Assembly: GCA_951801825.1 (NCBI GenBank)
Contig: CATOOF010000002.1
Location: forward strand, 100,441-164,440
Direction of reading: 5' to 3'
Source of the DNA: an uncultured Alphaproteobacteria bacterium
GTDB taxonomy: Bacteria > Pseudomonadota > Alphaproteobacteria > Rs-D84
DNA length: 64,000 nucleotides
Shown: positions 1 through 6,115 of the stretch, in pieces
How positions within the stretch are numbered: the stretch's first letter is position 1
How the letters are laid out: each line of letters starts with the position of its first letter
The notes under the pieces: model-generated
Seen by the model: the letters and a program-made list of their open reading frames with translations, nothing else
The model's database searches: none
What the model was told of the DNA's origin: nothing
Position numbers and translations under genes: made by a program

Positions 1-32
1 GCGCTTATTTATAGTGATGTTAGAAGCTGTAT

Positions 33-219
33 AAAAAAACCACATGAAGTAAGTTCAGGTGGTTGGAGGCAGAAAACAATACAAGATCGATTGCTCTGCT
101 TATTCAATATATTCGCAGACCTCCAACCAAAGGGTTGGACGTGTTTTACGCCCACGCGGGCGATCTTGTATTATGGAGTTTCTAGCCCCAATTAGTAACA
201 GGATTGAATACCGGTTATG
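33..219 (-). promoter_or_regulatory. Structured leader/attenuator RNA, copy E1B; the gene it controls lies beyond the left window edge
   Basis: Minus strand. TGaTATAAT -10 box at 226-234; HP4 at 122-139; conserved loop at 97-117, 21/21 nt identical to 28148-28168; antiterminator 120-128 pairs with 61-69; long-range pair 161-172/78-89; terminator stem 38-64 with U7 at 33-39. Confidence 0.7.
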
Positions 220-276
220 CGTTCCATTATATCATCGCAGCACGTGATTTCCAGCGAAAATGCCGCAATAAAATAT

Positions 277-442
277 AAAAACCCATCATAGGAAAGACGG
301 GCTGGAGGTTAACACTTTTGCACACTAGGTTGCTCACCGTTTATTTATGTATATCACGGCCCCCAACCCAAAAGGATTGGTCGCCCGCGTGGGCGCCTAG
401 TGAGCGAGGTGTTAAACTCGCATAACGGTCTTTTCCGTTACG
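277..442 (-). promoter_or_regulatory. Structured leader/attenuator RNA, copy E1A (no ORF directly downstream; possible sRNA)
   Basis: HP1 421-442, HP2 404-421, HP3 382-395, HP4 363-380, AU-rich loop hairpin 337-359; long-range pairs 409-415/309-315 and 396-402/323-329; antiterminator 360-369/299-308; terminator 282-301 with U5 at 277-281. Confidence 0.65.
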
Positions 443-448
443 ATATGT

Positions 449-477
449 ACTATATCCTAAAAAAGCGCTAAATGCAA
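449..477 (-). promoter_or_regulatory. sigma70-type promoter for E1A
   Basis: TTGCAT (477-472), 17 bp spacer, TATAGT (454-449); predicted TSS about 442, at the start of HP1. Confidence 0.65.
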
Positions 478-482
478 TCTAG

Positions 483-505
483 AAAAAACGCCCCGTTTGG
501 GGCGT
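483..505 (-). terminator. Intrinsic terminator of ssb
   Basis: acgcccc-aaac-ggggcgt followed by a T-tract on the minus strand, 20 bp after the ssb stop. Confidence 0.8.
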
Positions 506-525
506 CTGGGATAAATTGATTTCCA

Positions 526-990
526 TTAAAACGGAATATCGTCGCCAATTTCTGCAACAGATATTTCTTCGCGCGGGGCGGCGGGGGCGCTTGACGGGGC
601 CGGGCCATATTCGCCGGGCATTGCGCCGTCCATCGATTTTACACCGCTTAAGATTACCATTTGACCCATGAACGGATTCAAAACAACCTCGGTCGTGTAA
701 ACGTCCATTCCCTGCTGATTCTGCCATTTGCGGGTTTTCAGCGCACCTTCTAGATACAGCTTGGTTCCCTTTTGCAGCATGCGTTCGGCAACATCAACCA
801 AATTCGGGTTAAATATTACAACGCGATGCCATTCTGTCTGCTCTTTCTGTTCGCCTGTCTGGCGGTCGCGCCAGCGCTCTGACGTGGCCAGCGAAAAGCT
901 GACTACTTTTTGGCCGCTGTTCATTGTGCGAACCTGTGGGTCTTGACCCACGTTTCCAACCAGTATTACCTTGTTTATGCTGCCTGCCAT
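526..990 (-). CDS. ssb: Single-stranded DNA-binding protein
   Basis: MAGSINKVILVGNVG OB-fold start and acidic C-terminus DDIPF. Start moved to ATG 990 (purine-rich RBS upstream); the 1200 start in the ORF track overlaps rho. Confidence 0.97.
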   Translation of the reverse strand: MAGSINKVILVGNVGQDPQVRTMNSGQKVVSFSLATSERWRDRQTGEQKEQTEWHRVVIFNPNLVDVAERMLQKGTKLYLEGALKTRKWQNQQGMDVYTTEVVLNPFMGQMVILSGVKSMDGAMPGEYGPAPSSAPAAPREEISVAEIGDDIPF

Positions 991-1161
991 ATCTTCTTCC
1001 TTTGTTATTTTTTCTATGATTGATTTGAGCAAGAAAACGGACAAAAAGCAAGGGAAAAGGTAAGGGGGAAGGCGAACTTGACTTTTTGGGCGTTTTGTGC
1101 TATAATATGTCTTGTCATGGCGCGTGGTTCCACGCAGCCTTTTTCCAAAAAAGGATTTTAT

Positions 1162-2430
1162 ATGCATATCAACGAACTGAAGGCGAAATCGCCAAAGCAA
1201 CTATTGAAAATGGCCGAGGATATGGGAATTGAAAACCCGGCACAGCTTAATGTGCAGCAACTGCGCTTTGCCGTTATGCGCGCACATGCCGCCGATAACA
1301 AGGTTACGCTGATAGGGGACGGTGTGCTGGAACGCATGCAGGACGGATTTGGTTTCCTGCGCGCACCGGAAAGCAACTATCTGGCCGGGCCGGATGATTT
1401 GTATGTATCGCCCGCGCTGATTAAAAAATATGGGCTAAAGACCGGCGACTATGTCGAGGGCCAGATTCAAGCCCCGCAGAACGAATCGGAACGCTATTTC
1501 GCGCTGGAAACGATAGAGCGTGTTAACGGCGGTAATCCGGAGCAACTGCGCCACCGCGTGTCGTTCGATGATATGACACCGCTGTACCCGGACGAACAGC
1601 TAAAGATGGAGGTAGAGGGCGACAAAGACAAAGGACGCAGTCTGTCCGCGCGTGTTATCGACCTGATTTCCCCCACAGGTAAGGGGCAGCGTTCGCTAAT
1701 CGTTGCGCCGCCGCGTACCGGTAAAACAGTTATGTTGCAGAATATTGCGCATTCCATTGCGACGAACTATCCGGATGTAAAGCTGATTGTATTACTGATT
1801 GACGAGCGCCCCGAGGAAGTTACCGACATGCAACGTAGCGTCAAAGGCGAAGTTATATCATCTACATTTGACGAGCCGGCCGCCCGTCATATTCAGGTTG
1901 CCGAAATGGTAATCGAAAAGGCAAAGCGCCTGGTTGAGGCGGGTCAGGATGTCGTTATCCTGCTGGATTCCATTACACGTCTGGGGCGTGCATATAATAC
2001 TGTTGTGCCAAGCAGCGGCAAGGTTTTAACCGGTGGTGTTGATGCGTATGCGTTGCAACGGCCAAAGCGCTTTTTCGGTGCGGCCCGTAATATAGAAGGC
2101 GGGGGCAGTCTGACTATTATCGCGACGGCGTTGGTTGATACCGGCTCTAAGATGGACGAAGTTATTTTTGAAGAGTTCAAAGGTACCGGTAACAGCGAAA
2201 TTATTCTGGACCGCAAGCTGTCGGACAAGCGCGTATATCCCGCGATTGACATTACTAAATCCGGCACGCGCAAGGAAGATTTGTTGGTGGGCAAGGATAT
2301 GCTGTCGAAAATGTATGTTTTGCGCCGCATAATCAATCCTATGGGGACGCTGGAGGCGATGGAGTTCCTGTTGGATAAGTTGCGTATGACAAAAACAAAC
2401 GCGGATTTCTTTAGCGCGATGAACCAGTAA
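1162..2430 (+). CDS. rho: Transcription termination factor Rho
   Basis: DGFGFLR RNA-binding motif, APPRTGKT Walker [15 protein letters not shown]; start at ATG 1162 (MHINELK). Confidence 0.98.
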   Translation: MHINELKAKSPKQLLKMAEDMGIENPAQLNVQQLRFAVMRAHAADNKVTLIGDGVLERMQDGFGFLRAPESNYLAGPDDLYVSPALIKKYGLKTGDYVEGQIQAPQNESERYFALETIERVNGGNPEQLRHRVSFDDMTPLYPDEQLKMEVEGDKDKGRSLSARVIDLISPTGKGQRSLIVAPPRTGKTVMLQNIAHSIATNYPDVKLIVLLIDERPEEVTDMQRSVKGEVISSTFDEPAARHIQVAEMVIEKAKRLVEAGQDVVILLDSITRLGRAYNTVVPSSGKVLTGGVDAYALQRPKRFFGAARNIEGGGSLTIIATALVDTGSKMDEVIFEEFKGTGNSEIILDRKLSDKRVYPAIDITKSGTRKEDLLVGKDMLSKMYVLRRIINPMGTLEAMEFLLDKLRMTKTNADFFSAMNQ

Positions 2431-2432
2431 AC

Positions 2433-2458
2433 AAAACGCCCCAAACGGGGCGTTTTTT
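2433..2458 (+). terminator. Intrinsic terminator of rho
   Basis: aaaacgcccc-aaac-ggggcgtttttt immediately after the stop codon. Confidence 0.85.
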
Positions 2459-2476
2459 ATAAAGGGCTGTTATATC

Positions 2477-2713
2477 ATGCGTTTTTATTTTTTTGCGCTG
2501 GCCTGTGCGGGGGCGGGCGCTTTTTATTTTATTGGACGCGGTGTCGGTGATGCCGAATGCCGGGCACGGGTTGCCGCACAAAATGCGGATGCCGCCGTCG
2601 CGGCCCAGATGGTTGTAATTCAAAAACAAAGGAGCGCTGATGAGGCTGCTGTTAATACCGGTATTGGCGATATTCGTCGTATCTTGCGCGAAAAATACAC
2701 AATTGCCGAATAA
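2477..2713 (+). CDS. Inner-membrane spanin-like (Rz-like) protein
   Basis: Single N-terminal TM segment then an Ala-rich helical domain; 3' end overlaps a lipoprotein ORF in another frame. Confidence 0.55.
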   Translation: MRFYFFALACAGAGAFYFIGRGVGDAECRARVAAQNADAAVAAQMVVIQKQRSADEAAVNTGIGDIRRILREKYTIAE

Positions 2714-2834
2714 TGTGTGCGTACCGGTGTCATGTGTGCCGATATATGGTCGGGCGGGGGACTGGGGCGTGATTAGTGATGAATTGGCGCGTAATATTTA
2801 CCGACATAATAAAATGTGTGAGGAAATGCAATAA
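2640..2834 (+). CDS. Outer-membrane spanin-like (Rz1-like) lipoprotein
   Basis: Signal peptide with lipobox VVSC (Cys16), Pro/Cys region, C-terminal DELARNIYRHNKMC resembling phage o-spanin ends; overlaps the previous ORF by 74 nt. Confidence 0.6.
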   Translation: MRLLLIPVLAIFVVSCAKNTQLPNNVCVPVSCVPIYGRAGDWGVISDELARNIYRHNKMCEEMQ

Positions 2835-2873
2835 GGCTATTGACAAAAGAATAGTTTTGTCTATAGTATTAGT

Positions 2874-3812
2874 ATGAAACCTCAGGAACAAAATTCTTCA
2901 TCAGTTGACACACGGCAAAAGCATTCGGCGCTGACCAAACTGGTCCGGCGCAAATGGTGGCGTTTTCCTGAATTGGTGTACTCGATTTTATCAAACTGTG
3001 ATGTTGCACCTTATTTCGGCTGTATGCCGCCGGAGTTGCGGGCGCGCGTACCAAAGGAGCGGCTGGGGGATATCACATATAAATTTCATGTTTATTTAGA
3101 GAATTTTTTAACCAACAATGTTTGTGATATCTTGAATTCTTTCGAAGGGCTGACATACTATATGGATGAAATAGGCCGTATGTTTGGTTCGTCCTGTACG
3201 ATAGAGGTGGGGGCCATAAACTATGCGGGTGTGCGCATATGGGCCGGTAAGTTTGGTGTTGTCTGTCAGATGTCTTTTCCGGAAATAGGTGCCAAATATG
3301 CGTTGAAAATATTTGTTCCCATAAAGAAAGAGGATGATTATGGCGCACATGGTGCGGATTATGAGATTACAACAGCATTTGCCGCCGCCTGTGCCGAGCC
3401 GCGTGATAATGCACGCGTATATATGGGATCATTGCTCAATCAGCCTTATATTCTCTCACTGTGGGAGGGCGACGTCATAGATGGCAAATACCGTAAAAAC
3501 GAGAACGAAATATTTGTTACTGATGCATCAGAGGTAGCGCCCAGAAATTATCGCAAAGGGCGCCGTATAGATTTTGGTGATACATATCAGACGACATATG
3601 GTGCGGCCAGCTATCGGGTTCGCAAATTATATCGTCAAATAAAAAACTTCGCCCACAGTCAAGATTACAATTCGCTGTGCCGTCTGGCACAGTTGGCGGT
3701 CGGCGCCGCGCCGACCGCCACAGATATTAGCCGGGCATTTGAACTGGTTCGGCATAATTCCGACCAAAATATTCGGGATTTTATTGACCGCGCCCATGGC
3801 CGCGCTTATTGA
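2874..3812 (+). CDS. Protein-kinase-like fold protein with atypical catalytic loop
   Basis: WAGKFGVV (Gly loop), YALKIF (Lys), YEI (alphaC Glu), SEVAPRN (catalytic loop with Glu at the Asp position), RIDFG. Confidence 0.55.
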   Translation: MKPQEQNSSSVDTRQKHSALTKLVRRKWWRFPELVYSILSNCDVAPYFGCMPPELRARVPKERLGDITYKFHVYLENFLTNNVCDILNSFEGLTYYMDEIGRMFGSSCTIEVGAINYAGVRIWAGKFGVVCQMSFPEIGAKYALKIFVPIKKEDDYGAHGADYEITTAFAAACAEPRDNARVYMGSLLNQPYILSLWEGDVIDGKYRKNENEIFVTDASEVAPRNYRKGRRIDFGDTYQTTYGAASYRVRKLYRQIKNFAHSQDYNSLCRLAQLAVGAAPTATDISRAFELVRHNSDQNIRDFIDRAHGRAY

Positions 3813-4642
3813 TTCGCAACAATCCCGACAAGTTCGCGAACGGCGGCCTGGGCCGCGGCGTCGCCTGTGGGGGCGTATTCTACGAATTCAAAACTGTGCG
3901 CATCTGAAAATTCACGGGTCAGGCGGCGTGCGGCATACATGCTGATACCGTCTGGTTCCGGAACCAGCACATCTTTAAAATATTTTGGATCAATTGCATC
4001 AAAATCAAAAGATACTATAAACGGCCGGCCGTCCAAGCGGCGGCGAATTTCCATAATTGCATCATCCAGGTCGCCGTCGGTCTGCAGACTGTCGGCGGTG
4101 CGCATAAATATACCATTGTCACGAACAAAAGCGATTTCAGACGGCTCATATGAGCGCGACCCCAAATAAAACAGATTTTCCGGACGCAGGGCAGGGAACT
4201 TTGTCTGCAGTGACAGCCAGCGCGTGTCGCCTTCGCCCAGGTTGGCGCGCACGTTTGTTCCATGCGGTGCACCGGATGCCTCTGCCTGAGAGCTTTCTGG
4301 TGTATGTATATCCAAATGTGCATCAATATATATCAGGCACAGGTCTTCGTCGGGCATTTTATCCGCCATGGCGGCAAAATGGCCAAAGTTAACGCTGTGG
4401 TCGCCGCCAATCAAAATATGGCGATCGGTCGGCGTTGCCGAATAAACCTTTTTATGTATTTCAAATGCATCGCCAAAACGGTCCGCCATGCATTGTGCCG
4501 CATCAACCGGCGCGGATGATATCATTGTCCAGTTCGCGTCTGGAAACATTTCCTGTACCGCGGCGGGGCCACGGGCGGGGCCTCCCTCTACTATATTTGC
4601 GGTTGCACCGCGGCTGTATTCTACACCAATAAAACTAGTCAC
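3806..4642 (-). CDS. Arginase/agmatinase (ureohydrolase) family protein
   Basis: GGDHS, DAHLD, PHG and SFDFD Mn-binding motifs all intact; GTG start. Confidence 0.9.
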   Translation of the reverse strand: MTSFIGVEYSRGATANIVEGGPARGPAAVQEMFPDANWTMISSAPVDAAQCMADRFGDAFEIHKKVYSATPTDRHILIGGDHSVNFGHFAAMADKMPDEDLCLIYIDAHLDIHTPESSQAEASGAPHGTNVRANLGEGDTRWLSLQTKFPALRPENLFYLGSRSYEPSEIAFVRDNGIFMRTADSLQTDGDLDDAIMEIRRRLDGRPFIVSFDFDAIDPKYFKDVLVPEPDGISMYAARRLTREFSDAHSFEFVEYAPTGDAAAQAAVRELVGIVANQ

Positions 4643-5606
4643 TGTAACTCTCCACTATGCTTTCGGCGGCATTTTTGATTTTTGCCAAACCTGATTCGTA
4701 TGTTGCGCAGTCGCGCGATATTTCTGAGCGATATGCATCGCGCATGTTTGACGCCATGTATGCGCATCCGCGCAGATGCTGGACGCAATAGTCGTGGCCT
4801 GTTGCAAATGCCTGTTGGCCGCGTACGCGGCTTTCCGTGCCGGCCCAGTTTATGTTCAGGGCATTATCCAAATTAACCCATGAATTATCGCCGGTATATT
4901 TACCGATAGTGTCCATCCAGTATTGGTTCATTTCGGCATCCGTCCATGCATTATTACTGCGCAGGCTTAGAATCTGTTTTATCAGACTGTCGATTGCAGG
5001 CTGGTATTGTGCGTCTATTTGCGCCAGCTTAGAACTGCAGTAACAGCGGTTATATGCGGTCTTTTCCCGCTGGCAGTATCGGTTCATACATTCGGTATAG
5101 TCGGCCAAACAGCGTGTTGACGGCAGGCTGGTTCCAGTGTTTAGCGCCGCGGCCGCGGTGGCATTTGCCGCCGCATTGACGGTCTGGGATGCGTAGCCGC
5201 GACTCGAGCGCATGGTTGATGTTTTTGTTCCGGAACGCGCGACAACGCGTCGTGTCGTGTTTGTGTTCTGGCCGGCGACAGGTGCCGTGCGTACAGAGTT
5301 TGTGGTTCCCGCCCGCGCCGCCGGTGTGGCGCTGCGCGCGGCACTGCGGGAAACGACCCGCCGCGGGGCGGACAGTTCTTCGGTTTTTGTTATGACGTTT
5401 ATCGGGTTGGAGCCCTGGTTTGGTGTGACGCCCGGGTTCAGGTCCGTTCGCATCTGGTTGTTTAAGTAAGGGTACATGTAATTATAGTTATATGCCGCAT
5501 TGGGTGATGCGGTCGCGGCGCGTGCCCCAGTGTTGCGCGTGGTAATGGCCGCCCCAGGGCCCGTTGCCCCCAGCAATAATAAAAATACAGAAAATATATA
5601 CCGCAT
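4635..5606 (-). CDS. Secreted Cys-containing hypothetical protein (paralog of the N-terminus of 46431-49073)
   Basis: Signal peptide MRYIFSVFLLLLG, R/A/T/S-rich linker, C-x6-CM-x2-YC...RCYCS motif. Confidence 0.75.
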   Translation of the reverse strand: MRYIFSVFLLLLGATGPGAAITTRNTGARAATASPNAAYNYNYMYPYLNNQMRTDLNPGVTPNQGSNPINVITKTEELSAPRRVVSRSAARSATPAARAGTTNSVRTAPVAGQNTNTTRRVVARSGTKTSTMRSSRGYASQTVNAAANATAAAALNTGTSLPSTRCLADYTECMNRYCQREKTAYNRCYCSSKLAQIDAQYQPAIDSLIKQILSLRSNNAWTDAEMNQYWMDTIGKYTGDNSWVNLDNALNINWAGTESRVRGQQAFATGHDYCVQHLRGCAYMASNMRDAYRSEISRDCATYESGLAKIKNAAESIVESYSD

Positions 5607-5703
5607 AACCATTGTATACATATTGTAGAATATTTTAAGAATACGAAACAAGTATAAAAATTTGCAATTCTAAAAAAGACTGGTATACTTTCATAACATA
5701 TAT

Positions 5704-5780
5704 CGGGGCGTAGCTCAGTCTGGTAGAGTGCTTGCTTTGGGAGCAAGATGTCGCATGTTCGAATCATGTCGCCCCGACCA
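5704..5780 (+). tRNA. tRNA-Pro(TGG)
   Basis: Cloverleaf; acceptor cggggcg/cgccccg; anticodon arm cttgc-tttggga-gcaag; encoded CCA. Confidence 0.97.
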
Positions 5781-5826
5781 CGCTTTAATAAAACGGGTGC
5801 CAACCGGCACCCGTTTTATTAAAGCG
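5781..5826. terminator. 21-bp perfect inverted repeat, likely bidirectional terminator
   Basis: cgctttaataaaacgggtgcc-aacc-ggcacccgttttattaaagcg directly after the tRNA CCA. Confidence 0.75.
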
Positions 5827-5956
5827 GTGTGCAAATTCAAGCGCTATGAGGATGCGAGTTTAGAATACATCCGCATTTTAATATGCGCTGTGGCGAAATA
5901 AATCAGCATGTTTATTATAGCTATTCCCCGTGACGATGCCGTGATAATGGGGATGT

Positions 5957-6065
5957 AAAAAAGCCCGACAAGCGGGCAATAGAGGATGTTGTTGCCAACA
6001 GAGCCCCACAGAGTATTTCTTTATTGTAGATTGCTTTCCAGTTCAGTCTTTAATTTAGAAATACA
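5957..6065 (-). ncRNA. tracrRNA of the type II-C system
   Basis: 6024-6039 (ttgtagattgctttcc) is identical to 16 nt of the crRNA-sense repeat, so the minus-strand transcript is the anti-repeat. It is followed by AAUAAAG, hairpins and a gcccg-cttgt-cgggc-tttt terminator. Promoter TTGACA (6099-6094), 16 bp, TACAAT (6077-6072). Ends approximate. Confidence 0.85.
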
Positions 6066-6115
6066 TTGTGTATTGTAGTTATACGAATTAAAATGTCAAG
6101 AAAAAGGCAAAAGAT

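Noticed and set aside
59-247. 62-aa ORF and the open +1 frame at 1-195
   Set aside because: No RBS or recognisable motif, and they lie antisense to the structured leader E1B.
33-442. Retron msr/msd, 6S RNA, tmRNA, RNase P or IscB omega-RNA reading of the left-end inverted repeats
   Set aside because: No signature sequences of those RNAs and no RT or nuclease gene in view. All the repeats are explained by the leader architecture shared with E2-E4.
526-1200. Long N-terminal extensions in the ORF track (ssb, rho, ybhR, mscL, corA and others) and the many antisense shadow ORFs such as 20345-20896, 37691-38458 and 60832-61704
   Set aside because: Homology begins at downstream starts with RBSs. 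The shadow ORFs lie opposite well-supported genes and have no motifs.
2477-3812. Prophage at the rho 3' end
   Set aside because: No integrase, att duplication, terminase, capsid, holin or endolysin; only the spanin-like pair is phage-like.
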